From: Xylographa opegraphella
Taxonomy: Eukaryota
Reading direction: 5' to 3'
NCBI GenBank assembly: GCA_022813865.1
Contig: JALDZX010000021.1
Coordinates: forward strand, 124,001-188,000
Length of the DNA stretch: 64,000 bases
The notes under the pieces are model-generated. The model had not been told where the DNA came from and made no database searches. It worked only from the letters and a program-made list of their open reading frames with translations. Position 1 is the first letter of the stretch. The number at the start of each line of letters is the position of its first letter. Both the position numbers and the translations under genes were made by a program. Positions 25,601-37,994 of this stretch are shown here, one piece after another.

Positions 25601-25763
25601 CATATGGATTGAGCAACATAAGTTTTTCGTTGTCGTCCACGACAAACAGATTGCTGCTGCACTTCAATTGTGAAGCTGCAGAATGCGAAATCTTGAGTAC
25701 CAAGTGCTTGAGGTAGAATTTGCGAGAGCTTTTTTTGACGTGCGGGAGATCGCGCTAGGTTGC

Positions 25764-25775
25764 CGGATTAATGGA
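25764..25775 (+). promoter_or_regulatory. CSRE-like element CGGATTAATGGA upstream of FBP1
   Basis: Matches the Cat8/Sip4 carbon-source-responsive consensus CGGNYNAAYGGR, about 520 nt upstream of the FBP1 ATG. Confidence 0.55.
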
Positions 25776-25979
25776 AGGACCGCGAGAGCCCTTTCAGGTT
25801 AGGCCGCACGGGCGTTTCCGGAACGTTTCAAGTAGTTCTCCAGTCATTCCCTCTCCTGAAGGGTCGACGAGAACAAAGTGCATTGCATTGTAGGTATTAT
25901 TGTCACTGAATATGCGAATTCAGACCGGGCAAACATCTGTTGACGACCAAACAAATGTGTACAGCAGAACCCCTAAAAG

Positions 25980-25992
25980 CGGAAGATCCCGG
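25980..25992 (+). promoter_or_regulatory. CGG-N7-CGG motif (AcuK/AcuM, AOD2/AOD5-type) upstream of FBP1
   Basis: CGGAAGATCCCGG lies about 300 nt upstream of the ATG; this motif is known from gluconeogenic promoters of filamentous ascomycetes. Confidence 0.5.
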
Positions 25993-26294
25993 ACTCGTGA
26001 GCCCCACGCAAGTCCCGAGGCTAAGATACAGTATGCGGGGCAGTGGAAGAAACACATCATGTTCACCGCACTGGAGGAAGCAGGCCCGGTATTTAAACGC
26101 GCAATGATGGCCGTGCCAGCCCATGCTCGTGACAAATGTGTCTCCAGTGCTAAGCCTCTGCGATTCGAATGCTTTGCCATCAACCATACTTCCTTATCAT
26201 ACCCAACCACCGAAATCTGGATTCCCGTCCAAGGAATTAATGCTGCTTTATCTTGTCTAGGAGCTTCAGATCAGATAGATCCTTCCTCTCCGTC

Positions 26295-27623
26295 ATGGCA
26301 ACAACGAATGGCGATGGGGCGCAGATGCAGCAAGAGAAGATCAACACCGACATTGTAACCCTAACCCGCTTCCTCACCGAAGAGCAGGGTAAGCACAAAG
26401 AAGCCACCGGCGACTTCACGTACGTTACCTCCTGCATACGTACCTCTCCTACGGCGACACCTCCGCCAGAATCTTGTTCTACTGTCTCTGCCACTACCTT
26501 TCTCACTTACCCTTTCTTCATCGATCCTGTTACCTTTTCATCCACCCTATGCTCCGTCTCTTTCAATACCGCGTTTCCACCTTCCACAGATATATGATTG
26601 CTAATCACCCCTGCTCCACAGGCTCCTCTGCCACGCCCTCCAATTTTCCTTCAAGTCTATCGCCTACTACATCCGTCGCGCCACACTTATCAACCTGACC
26701 GGTCTCGCGGGCTCCTCGAACACCACGGGCGACGACCAGAAAAAGCTTGATGTGATCGGCAACGACCTCTTCGTAGCCGCCATGCGCACCTCCGGCAAAT
26801 GCCGACTCCTCGTTTCTGAAGAAGAAGAAAAGTGCATTGTCTTCGACTCGCTCCGAGCCCGCTACGCCGTAGTCTGCGACCCCATCGACGGCTCCTCGAA
26901 CCTCGACGCAGGTGTCAGCGTCGGCACCATCTTCGGGATATTTAAATTGCACGAAGGCTCCACAGGCGAAACGTCCGAAATCCTGCTCCCTGGCAGCGAA
27001 CTCGTAGCCGCGGGCTTCACCATGTACGGCGCTAGCGCGCAGCTCGTCATCACGATGAAAGGTGGCAGCGTCAACGGCTTCACAATGGATAATGCACTGG
27101 GTGAATTCATTCTCACACACCCGAACATGCGCATGCCGCGCAGCCGGGCCATCTACAGCGTCAACGAGGGCAACAGCCTGTATTGGGACGAGCCCGTCAA
27201 GGAGTACTTCAACAGCCTGAAGTACCCCGCCGACAAGGCCGGCAAGCCGTACAGCGCGCGATATATCGGCAGTATGGTCGCTGACGCATACCGCACGCTG
27301 CTTTACGGGGGCATCTTTGCATACCCGGCAGACAAAAAGAGTCCAAAGGGCAAGCTGCGCATTCTGTACGAGTGTGCACCAATGGCAATGGTGTTTGAAA
27401 ACGGTACGTGCTGTCTCCGTCGCTAAGAGATATCAGGTTGCCATACGTGGAAGATGCTAACAGGTTGCTGTCTTGTGTAGCCGGTGGCCAGGCGGTCAAT
27501 AGTCGGATGGAGCGCATGCTGACGGTCGTGCCGGAGCATATCCACGACCGGTCGGGGATCTTCATGGGCAGCTACGATGAGGTGCAGAAGGTTATCGATA
27601 TGCATAAAACCCATGCGAAGTGA
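26295..27623 (+). CDS. FBP1: Fructose-1,6-bisphosphatase, 3 exons
   Basis: TDIVTLTRFLTEEQ, GDDQKKLDVIGND, LVSEEEE, DPIDGSSNLDAGVSVGTIFGI, YSARYIGSMVAD and GKLRILYECAPMA. Confidence 0.97.
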
Positions 27624-28375
27624 GCGTCGTGCTAAGTGGGATGATATGGCGTCTACTGTACATAGCTTATCTAGCGACTGGTTGTAACAGTATTATAATC
27701 GCTACGAAGACCCCTAACCTATGATCGCAACTGCTGTTTTTGATACGAATAGGCAGACAGGCCGTTCCAGAGATACACGGAGAAAGGAGCATTGAGCGAG
27801 CACGAGGCGAAGCTACAAAGCCTATGGCCGCACCGGAAAGCTACAGATGGGAGCTCAAGATGAATCCCAAAGCCTGGTTGCATAAGCTGTCCTCGATAAA
27901 TCTCCAATTCTGCGAGCGCCGCTGGCAGCCCAGCTCAGGCATCGCTGTCGAGAACTCAATCACCCAACGGGTGAGCGGGATACAGGTGTAAGATACATTG
28001 TGGTAAAAACCAGCGGCTGTCGAGATGAGTTGATAGCCACCATACGAATAGTGATGCCAACTATATAAGGCTTCTTGTCAGGTCATTGATGGTCTGTAAG
28101 GTTCAGGGACCGGTAGATAGCCACTGGGCGCAATTGGCTTCGAGGTGCGATTCCGTCGGCGTGGAGAGGCAATTGATAAGACTTTGAGGTTTCGTGATTG
28201 GGGGCGGTTCGGCAAGCAGCGTACGAGATTTTATTTGGCGAAAGGCGAGGGTATCGATTCAGTAGGTAAATAATGCAAAGCTGATTTGACCAGCAGACTT
28301 AAAAAGTAGTCGGGCGGGCGCGGTCGTATTTCATAACTCTTGATATATTAGAATTCGACGCCAACTTTCATAGGT

Positions 28376-28458
28376 GGCTGGATAGTTCAGTGGCAGAATT
28401 CTTGCTTTGGGTAATCTCAGCTTGTAAGAGGTCCTGGGTTCAAATCCCAGTTCAGCCC
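28376..28458 (+). tRNA. tRNA-Pro (anticodon TGG) with an 11-nt intron (28412-28422)
   Basis: Acceptor stem GGCTGGA/TTCAGCC; A-box TAGTTCAGTGG; anticodon stem CTTGC/GTAAG with loop TT-TGG-G^T; T arm CTGGG-TTCAAAT-CCCAG; oligo-T Pol III terminator at about 28469-28476. Confidence 0.9.
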
Positions 28459-29318
28459 TCAAATTATGTTTTTTTTGGCGATTTCATCATCTGCCATACG
28501 TAGCGAATGAAGCATAAGGCATCCTTTTTTGCTAATAAGTTTGGTTGGTAGGACCAGCAGCTATATATGCGTACATAGGGTACATTATACCATGCACGTA
28601 TTGGAGTTCTTGTTCAGGATAACGGATTCCATTTTAGGGAATAATAAAAACCTGGTCAGAATGGAAACGGTAGATAGAAGGCAGGTTGCCGATATCAGAG
28701 TCAATGAGCCGATCCCTGGTTCTGCCGTGGTCCTAGGATGTAATAATGCTTTCCTTCGCGCCATCCTCATCCTTGCATCCCAAGAAACGAGCGTTTGAGT
28801 CCTCGGGATTCAAAGCATACCTACTCGGCATGGCCATCGTCAAACCTCACCAAATCTTCATTCCTCACGAGCGTCGATCAACCCAATTTTCCTCAGCCAA
28901 TACCGCTCTTCCTCCCTCCTATGTGAGTGATTCGGTCTTGCATGCCTTGCTGTCTTTGAGGTCTCATCATTCCTTCCTGTATTGAGACTTTTTCATATCA
29001 ACGAGTACGCCAGGCTCGGCAAGACCTGCGGTACAGCTATTCCTGTGAGGTCCAGTCTAAGGTAGTCGACTTTAACGTAAGCTTTGATACCAAGATTACT
29101 CTTTTAACTACATAGTTGAAGTGATACGCCAAAGTATATATCTGCACCAAGCACAATTGAGGGAAATTGGTCAAATAAAGCTTTCCGCCTACCCTCGTTC
29201 CCTATTAGTTAAGCAAACTTAATATCATCCGTCCATTCATCAAGTCATGCACGGGAATTACGCCCATAAACCAATATGGCCCGCTGACCATTTTCCCCGT
29301 TTCCCATCACTCCGACCG

Positions 29319-31801
29319 CTACGGAGCACCGTCCGCTTGATACACACTCAGCCGGTTCCCAGCCCCACAGATCTCCGTGCCGTTTCCACTACAGACCATA
29401 TTGCAATCAGTCTCCGCATCCTTCGTCGTCGTGTACGCGAAGCTCATGCCACAATAACATTCGTCAGCATACTCGGTCCCGAAGTATGTGTAACCCGAGC
29501 AGAAAGCGGCACAGTGCTCTATCGACATGGCCGTCCCGTCCGCATACGACTTCTCTGCCAGGACTCTACCGTGTGGGCCATCAGTGTAGCACCCACTGTA
29601 TTGGTAGCCTGGGATGGTGGCGTTGGAGGGCAACGATGTCTGAACATTGTTCTTGAACATGGTCAGGCGGTTACCGGCGCCGCAGACTTCGGAAGCGCTG
29701 CCGGAGCACGAGAACGAACAGTCTGTATCCGGGGCGAGGGAGGTGGGATTAGCATAGCTGTTGCCGCACCAACACTCGAAGCCGTATTCAAGGCCCATGT
29801 AGTTGTATCCAGAGCAGAATACTGCGCAGGAGGCATATGTTGTGGTCGAAGTTGACGTCGATTTGCCGGTAAGGACTCGTCCACTGATGTTGTCTACCAT
29901 GCAACCTTGGTATGTGTAACCATTGACCGTGGGTATGGGAGTCGATGGAGCTGTTGCGGTTGTTGAGGATGTGGTAATGAAAGTCGTGGTTTGAGAAGTC
30001 GTCAAGAATGTAATAGTTGAAGTAGATGAGGCTGTGAATGAAACTGTAGTTGTGGAAGATATTGTTGATATTGTTTTAGTGCCTCCACTTGAGCTCAAAG
30101 TCGAACAGGTATCAGACAGGTCGTTTGTATTCTTGAAACTGTCAGCTGCGCTGCCAGGTCCACTGCCAACCAAGACATCAAACTTGTAGTTCTCCATACG
30201 GGATGAGTCCAAGGGAGTGTTAGCGGCGTAAATAGTATACGGCCCAAGGATAGACATTTGGGTCATTGATATAGATGTAAATTGTAGAGCTGGAACAGGA
30301 ATACCACTTCCTCGAGAAACTGTCGTTGTCAAATTCAAAGTTACGGACGGGCCGGGCTCTGTATTACGGGCCTAATGCTTTATTAGTATAATTACACAGC
30401 TAGAATGAAGCTCCATCAATGCGGTGACATCATGGAATTCCCCCTTCTGGAGGAAAAGTAGTCCCTTACCACAGCAACGACGGTCAAACCGTTCCCATTC
30501 AAGCAGCTCTGGGGAGATTGCAGCATGATTGTGTCCTGGACAGGAAAGCCTGCACCATTGTTGTTGTGTAATTCGCTACCCCCACCGACAAGCGTGATAA
30601 GCACATTGAAAGCAGAGATTGAAGAACTGGTGGATATCTGGGTAGAGAACCCATAGAATGTAAAGTCGTCATCGAAGCCTGTAGCAGTACCGGCAGCGTT
30701 GCAACTAATAGTACAGCTCCCACAAGCGTTGCCACCAGTGCGGTCTTTGTAAACAAGCTGTAAACTAGCTATCTGGCTCGCGGGACGAATGGTGGTTCTT
30801 ACTCGAATTTCTCCGCTGAATGTCATGCTGCTACCGCCGTTTAGCAAGGTCACCTGGATCGCACCCGGCTTAATATCGTAAGCCACAATGGGATCTGTAA
30901 GGACGGAGCCATCAGGAACAACTTCTATCATTTTCTGAAGCATTGCCTGGCACGTGCTTTGGAATGTTGCAGGGTCCGCTAGGGCGGTCATCGTAGCGTT
31001 CCCATCGGCTGCGAAGACTCGAATGTCTGAACATCGAGCAGAGGCTACACAGGCTCCCGAATCGAGAGGATCGGTCGCTGTACCAGCGACGTACTGGGAA
31101 GCGATCTTCTCATCGAAAGCGGTAGTTGAATCAAAAAGAACATAGTCGTTCGGCGGCGCGCTCCCAATTGGGACAATCTGCGGGAAGTTGACGGCGTGCA
31201 CTCCCCCAATCGTATGTCCACACGCGGTCACCGCAATCATCTCGGTTGTATTGAATCCAGTTCTAAGGAACTGCTGCTCGAGCGTATACAAGGAGTTCTG
31301 AGGCAGCGGTACACCGGGCGGTCCCGCAGCAGTTGCATCAATCCTTCCAGTCCTGATCGGGACCGGCAGACCCCCGCAAGAGCGTACAGCTGTGTAAACA
31401 CCCATCGCGATGATGTCGGATAGTGACGACCGGCTGGTGAAGTATGGGGCATATGTCGTCAATGTTGTAACGAAAGCTGCGCCAATATTGTCCCCGCCGA
31501 GTTCATACATGAGAGAGCCGTCTAACCCGCCAATTCCGGTATATACATTTCCAGTCGATTGGTCATGAAATGCTGTTCGCAGCCACTCAGCGGCGGCAAT
31601 ACGTCCAGGCCCGGCGGAGGAGAAGAAGCAAGGAGTGACCTCTGATGCGAAGCCTCTGGCCCGATAACCATTGTTCAAGAACATGATATCTTCCAGCTCA
31701 TCCATCGTAGAAGGCCAGGTCTGGACAGCTGCCCCCAGGAACGCTCCTATTTGAAGTACCGTGACGATGCACACCAAGTGTCTCAGCGCGAGACTGGCCA
31801 T
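29319..31801 (-). CDS. Secreted heme peroxidase-like protein with Ser/Thr linker and two C-terminal WSC domains, 2 exons
   Basis: Signal peptide; distal motif WLRTAFHD; proximal ACGHTIGGVH; two WSC repeats (YQGC..GLEYGFECWCG..CSG..EVCGAGNRL and YSGCY..GTEYADECYCG). Intron at 30372-30469. Confidence 0.9.
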
Positions 31802-32785
31802 GATCAGTTAGTGAGAAAGGAAACGTAACGACTGACTATGGGAGTAAAGCAAAAAGAATGGGCGAAAACGACAGTTGCGAAGTGATGCAAAGGATGAGAG
31901 AGCACAGAGCATTCCAGCTTACCTCTTTCCCCCACTCCATCTCCCTCGAGAAGCTCCAAGCCCTTGGAGGCTCCATGGATCAGACTAGATAGGCATGCAC
32001 TGTGAGAAATGCTGCGCTGCAGTATGGAAAGATGCATGGCGTCCTCAGCTCGATACGAATACGGACAGTGGTAGCGAGTGACTCTCGCGGCCAAATTTGA
32101 CTGGGCGCCGCATGCTTCCAGGCCGCCACACCCTGTCGATCATCGAAAGGCACATGTTTAAACCCCGCCAGCTTTCCACGTGTGACAAAGAACGCGTGCT
32201 GCTTGCTGCCCACTGATATTGCGGTGTAACAGCAAACGCATGAGCAGCAAGATAAGTCCTCACTTTCGTACTTATTATTATTTTCCGGCTCCTCCCCGCA
32301 GCCAAAGCCTGTACGCGTATATTCCAGAATGCTGCGCTAATCCTAGGACCTCAGCCTACCGTGGCGCTTAACTCTGACTCGCTTATTCAATTGGCGCGGG
32401 CGGGGTCACGGCTTTACTATTCCGATAATTGTCTTTAGTCGACTCTTTCCCCTTTTGAATAACGTCGCCATTGCAACTCTTAGGTAGCCTGCAGGTCCGG
32501 TTGATTCACCCGCACCATTTATCAGCCGAGCCTCTAACCAATGAGCAATGAAATTGAGTTCAAGGCTGGACCGAAAATAGGTTGCCATTGGGCTTAGACC
32601 ATGCAGGGAAGCCGCGGGAAAGGAAGTCACAAAAGCGCAAAGATAAGCACAGTTTGAAGTCAATATGTTTTGGTTTTTATTGCCTTTAAGACAGAAGCCT
32701 ATGCACCAAAGCTACTCTGCCACACCTGTCTCTTCGCCGCATCTGCCTCTTTCATATGCTTGCCCTTTCGCCATGTTGGCCTATT

Positions 32786-33193
32786 CTACACCCTCCTCGC
32801 TGGCGCCCCACTGCAGGCTTTCCCGATCCCATTCCGAAAGGCCTCTCCTCTCCCTTCGTACCGTGGCGCCGTCTCTCGCCGCCGCGCCAGATCACTCTCC
32901 AGAACCCTCTCCCGCTCCCTGATTCGCAACCCACGGAACGCATGATCTTCACCGGACTTGACGACGCTTTCGAGCGGGAGGAAGGGCCCAAGGACGGGAA
33001 TCTTGGTGGCCGCATTGGCGGCTAGGCCCGCGTAGCGTGCGCCCGCGGACTCGGTGGCTTTGCGTTTGGCGGAGAGGTACTTCTGTTGGACTTTCTCGGT
33101 AGGCATCTCTGCGACGCGGTCGGACAGCGGAGGGCCGGCTTTGGCGCCGGAGCGGATGGGTTTGTTGGGCGTGAAGAGGGAGGACAGTGGCAT
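32786..33193 (-). CDS. Hypothetical small basic protein (135 aa)
   Basis: GC-rich ORF with a plausible start context (CCGCAATG); no recognised domain. Confidence 0.4.
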   Translation of the reverse strand: MPLSSLFTPNKPIRSGAKAGPPLSDRVAEMPTEKVQQKYLSAKRKATESAGARYAGLAANAATKIPVLGPFLPLESVVKSGEDHAFRGLRIRERERVLESDLARRRETAPRYEGRGEAFRNGIGKACSGAPARRV

Positions 33194-34936
33194 TGCGGTG
33201 TGTGGATGTGGGTCTACTGTTCAGTCTGCGGACTCGCGTGGTATATCTAGTCGCTCGGACTGAAGAAATGGAGGTTGAGTACGTGGGTGAGTTGCCTGAA
33301 AGTTGAAAAAAAAATGATCGATGCAGTGTCGAAGTCTGGATATCTATAATTGTGAAAGCTGGGGGGTCCCAGCTCCTTACTATACGGAGAGCCTGACGAG
33401 GCTTTGGCCTGCGCGTGACCGGGTATCCTCTTGTTTGCGGCGAGCGCCCTTCATTGCTCGGTCACCAATCACAGTATTTACCTTACGCCAAGGAGGGCTT
33501 GATGGTATCAATCGGGCGTAAAGTCGAAACCAAGGTGGCCAATGATGAGTAGGCCCACCAAACTGGCTGAATACAAGGGACCAAGTTCATCACGTCAAGC
33601 CTATACGCGGATGCAAAGCACAGCGAGAGAGTACAGGAGAAAGTAAGTGATCAACGAAAGAAGTAGAGAACGCATACGTCTATTATACTTACTCGCTTTG
33701 CTCGAGTTAGCTGCCTTATAAGCTATAACGAGCTATGGCTATCAAAGATTCCTTACATTAACTAGGTACACAAACACCCTTTTCCCTTCCCCATTCGCCA
33801 AGCTTGCTGCCAAGATTTAGCACGGGTGGTCACAAGACCTTGGCTACGCCTTTACCGCAGCCTTCTCATTAGAGAACGCCCGATAATCGTGCACTTCCAT
33901 TCTCGAGCTGACCATAGAGACTCTCCTTTAGCTAAATGCAGATAAGTATAACTTGGCTTTACGACACTACCCTCATGATTGGTTGCCTCGCTTTTTGAGG
34001 ACCCCGGCGGGACGACATATGGGATTCCATATGAGAAGTCCAGGTCAACGAAGGGGTGGAAGGACATAAGAGACTGGGCTGTGTAACGTTTTTCCATCGT
34101 TGTTTCTTGCTTTTAATTCATTGCCTCTTCTAGCCTGAGCAGTGAGACATTGAACGAAATAGTTTCACGTTCACTCGTCAGCCTCCCTTCGCCTGTGAGT
34201 ATCGAATCGGTTGAGAATGACAAGGCTGCTTTGCGTGGGTTCTGAACGTTTCACCTGCAGATAGCCATGTCGAGTAACAACCCATTCAAAAATCTTGTAG
34301 CCACGATTCTCGATAAGTCGGGCACGCCGATCTTGGCTGATAAACTTGTGCCGGACGCACGGAAAGGCTGTGAGCATTTCGAGAACCGAGCTCGCGTGAG
34401 TGGTGTCCTGTGAGACTATTTCTCTCTCTCGCTCTTCAACACACAAAATCGTTTCCTAGAGGAGAGATTGTGTTGTCGGATTGTGTTGTCATACCCCGTG
34501 TTCCTTCAAGTCGAGCGGGAAAATATCCCTATGCTGCGTATTATTAACTCGTCCATAACCATCTTTAGTGGTCCATCACGAACGGAGAGCCCTACGGGAC
34601 AGTGGATGGTACGATCACCAAGGATAACTTCAAGCAATACTTCAACAAGGACTTCGAGGAGTTGCACACCTATGATAAGACGAGCAACACCAAAACAGGG
34701 CCGAGCCTGCAGGGTGAGATGAAGAAGTTTGGAAGCGACTGATGGCATTCGAAGGATACATATGCCTTGAGCAGAGCTGTTCGTCTTTGAATTGCACGAA
34801 CATGTCCTCCGGAATGTTCGATTCTTGACAAGCAGGTGGAGGGCTCGGGTTCCGTGGCAGGAAGTGTGATTTTCTAACTCAAGTAGCCACAGGCGGATGC
34901 GCAAGTTGTGCCAACCCAGATAAATGTCCAGCCAAA

Positions 34937-36946
34937 CTATAAGTGGGGTATAGCATGTATGACCTGCGTCCACCGTGCGTTCTCGTAAACGCCCAACGGG
35001 AGGTCTCGAAGACTAATCAAAGCTTCTACAGGCAGGTAAGCTCTCGCGGTCGCGTAGAAAACCACAAGATACGTTCCGATCATAACTGAACCCCACATGG
35101 CGAAAAGTAGAATAACTATGGAAACACACCGAAGTTGCGGGTGTATATTATCCATGTATTCCAAAAAGCTTTTAGCCAGTCGGTATAAAGCCCCCCAAAG
35201 ACTTGTGCTGGCTATCAGCACTGTGGCGCATCTCCACAAGAATCTTTCGAACGGGGTTGGGAAGAATTCCACCCATGCCGAAGCGTGTATTGCGCCGTAA
35301 ACCGTCGCACAGATGGCAAGCAAACCGATAGGGAGGACACCGTCTCCTCCACCTATCAAGTCTTTCCAAGGCCAACCCGGAATCCGCGGATTCAAATAAC
35401 TCAACTCGCAGGCTTTGAAGGAATACTCCGAGACGATGCAGCACGAATTCTCGTTGAAGGAGGATCGAGTCTTCTCGGTTTTGAACCGGCTCCAGATATC
35501 AGGAAATGAATTCAGAGCTTCGCAAGCAAGTGTCCACCTCGCTAGTACGACTTCGTCGATTGGTATAGAAGCCGGTCGATACCTCTTGTACCGCACTTGA
35601 GACTTTCTGTAGCCTCTCACTGGAAAGCATGAAAGGTTTTGCTCGTGGTGTTTGGACCGAAGCCAAATGGGAGAAGGACTTCGCCATCTTTAATGTTTTC
35701 CAACTCCTGATGCTCAATTGGCTGAATGGCATAAGTCCCCAAATTCAACAGTTTCAGCACTTGAACTTGGTCGGAACTGTGGACAGGAGGACGGTCATGT
35801 CCCTCAAGCGTTTCGGCAGCTTTGTCAAAACAGTTGCATGGCTGTGAGGGCGTCGTTGTGCTTGATGGAAGATTTTGAAGTTCTATCAACGTTGGTTCGC
35901 TAGCACCCAGTTTTCGATTTGCGACTCCTGGATTGGTAGTTTCGGTGGGGTTAGATTCATAATGAAGCATGCCCTCTATTTCTGGCGGCCGTAGTCTTGA
36001 GTGACGTTTTCCTATGCCACGAACGGTTTCTTTCGACGAATCGTTATAGCTGAACATCCACAAAGCAGCAGCAAGCGGACGAACCCAATTCCCAGTCAAT
36101 ACTATGGCATCTTCGACATCATAGGGCTTGTCCCACCACAGGTAGTATACCAGCAATGCACAGAGCGCATGGGCCGCAGTATGAATTTCCAGTAATGAAA
36201 TCGGTAGTTCATCTACCAGGCGTCCAATAATCTGTAACAGAAACCATGACCCTTGGAAGATGGCAAGGGTCTTAGCCAGGCTGTTTTGTGTGCTCTTGTC
36301 TTGAATGAATGTGATTGATATATCAGGCAAATGACCCGCCTGGGCGATTGCAACAAGACCATTTGCGGTAAGTGTGAGTCTAGGTGAGCCAGGTATGTAT
36401 GCTGAGTTTCCTGGTTCGTCGGTTTCGATAGCAAAGCCGCCCATTTGGGCAAAGAAGCTATGTTTCAACGTCCATTCGTATTGACGCCTCGGCTGACCCT
36501 AAACACCTCAAAGCATTAGAATCAACCTTCCAAAAGGCCAGTTTCCGGGTCAACAGGGTGAAATAAAGATACTTGTAATGAGGGACGGTCAACTAACCCC
36601 ACTTTCCAAATGTGAATTCACAATTTTGGTAAGCTTTTGAGCAGAATACGCTGCGTTAGAGCCGTATAGCAACGAACTCGGGAGCAAATACGCCCATCAG
36701 GACCCAGCACGTTTTTCTGACATAACCTTTCCGGGCCCGTTCGCAACGGAGAGGGAGATTCAGATGCAGAGCAGTGTAAACGCATAGCCAAAGCGTGAGC
36801 AGGCAGCTTTGGACAAGACCCAACGTGCCTCTTTGTCTGGGCTCTGGCCTATGTCATAATTAGCTGGTACACTTCGTTATCAACTTTCTCAAGTGCTTGA
36901 GTAAAGACTGGACCAACATCCATCCTGCCGTGTTTGTAGAATTCAT
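34937..36946 (-). pseudogene. Disrupted gene of a conserved fungal multi-pass membrane protein family (RGT..SC..T..LC..TALHLN.P ... APE ... FFA.MGGF ... YG.IH..AW...FPT..E..LWR)
   Basis: Reads MNSTNTAGWMPEPRQRGTLGLVQSCLLTLWLCVYTALHLNLP, then hits an in-frame TAA after FAPEFVAIRL (about 36656). A further frame break occurs at about 35617-35620 between ORFs 35617-36468 and 34937-35620, with no usable splice sites. Confidence 0.7.
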
Positions 36947-37526
36947 CTTTGCACATTCGGCTGTTCAAAGGTCCCAGCTGTTGAATTTCGGGCGATGATC
37001 AAGATTCAATATTTAATGAACATCAGGCTCACCAAGCTGAAAGAGAGCCGCCAAGGCAATTCAAAGCCAAAGAACGTACCTTCGTGCACCAGGTCCTAAA
37101 GAGGATTAGTCCTAGCGGATAGGATATCATAAGCCAAGAATTCACCGACTGGGAAGATGCTGAAGACAGCAATAAGAAGAAGACGATGTAGACCAAAGTA
37201 CTGGAAATACTTTGAGTATAAGCACGCACAAAATTCGCAAGGACTGAGATATCGCCCAAAAAAGTACAAATACTTTTTACCCTCACTATTCACTATTGAT
37301 GGTGGCATAGGCATCTAGCACAAATCTACTCACGACCGGCTCCATAAGCTGGTTTCATTTGTTACATAAAGTGGCAGCTAGCATTAGAAGACCACGAAGC
37401 TGTTCAGGCTTGATGGCATAATCCCATGCCGACTGATATTGCATATATATACAATTTTTCCGCAGACCTCGAATGCCATTGCGCCACCACGGTTACGTAA
37501 CCGCTCAGAACAAAACTTCCATATTT

Positions 37527-37994
37527 TCAGTAAGTAATCAACTCTATGATGCTGCTGACCGTCAACGACATACAACAACAGATCACGAAAACCGTGAAGC
37601 AGTCTTGAGTTTCCGGGTCGCAGGCGCATGAGTCGGAACATGAACCGTATCGCAAGCCTGCCTCACTTGCTGGATCGTCGCCGTAATCAGCGACGTTGAG
37701 GCTAAATTCGGGGGCGGGATGCTCGTCGTCGGGAATTGCTTGTGCCTCAGGCGGAACATCCTGCGTTGGTGTAACATCGAACTCTGGCCCGGGATGGATA
37801 TGAATCGATGGTAGCGCCGAAGCTAGGGTGGATGAAATACTGCTGCTGACTGAAGTTGTGGTCGGGTTTGCCACTCCAACTTGAGAGGCGAGTTGCAGCG
37901 CGCCGGCCGCAGGGTTGGCCAGAGGGTGGTCGTCAGCTGCGAGCGTTTGAGTCGCCAGACAGACAACTGCCATAAATTTTATCGAGTTGAGCAT
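37527..37994 (-). CDS. Small secreted protein with a Cys-rich C-terminus (3' end uncertain; possible intron after ICC)
   Basis: Signal-peptide-like MLNSIKFMAVVCLATQTLA; Ser/Pro/acidic middle region; C-terminal GSCSDSCACDPETQDCFTVFVICC followed by a GTATGT donor-like site. Confidence 0.65.
   Translation of the reverse strand: MLNSIKFMAVVCLATQTLAADDHPLANPAAGALQLASQVGVANPTTTSVSSSISSTLASALPSIHIHPGPEFDVTPTQDVPPEAQAIPDDEHPAPEFSLNVADYGDDPASEAGLRYGSCSDSCACDPETQDCFTVFVICCCMSLTVSSIIELITY

Noticed and set aside
1166..27623. Stop-codon readthrough producing cryptic PTS1 in SDR, GH63 or FBP1
   Set aside because: None of these stops has the TGA-CTA context, and the SDR and GH63 extensions I translated do not end in an SKL-like tripeptide.
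27700..29050. tRNA-targeted mobile element flanking tRNA-Pro
   Set aside because: No LTR, TIR, target-site duplication or transposase/RT motifs are visible.
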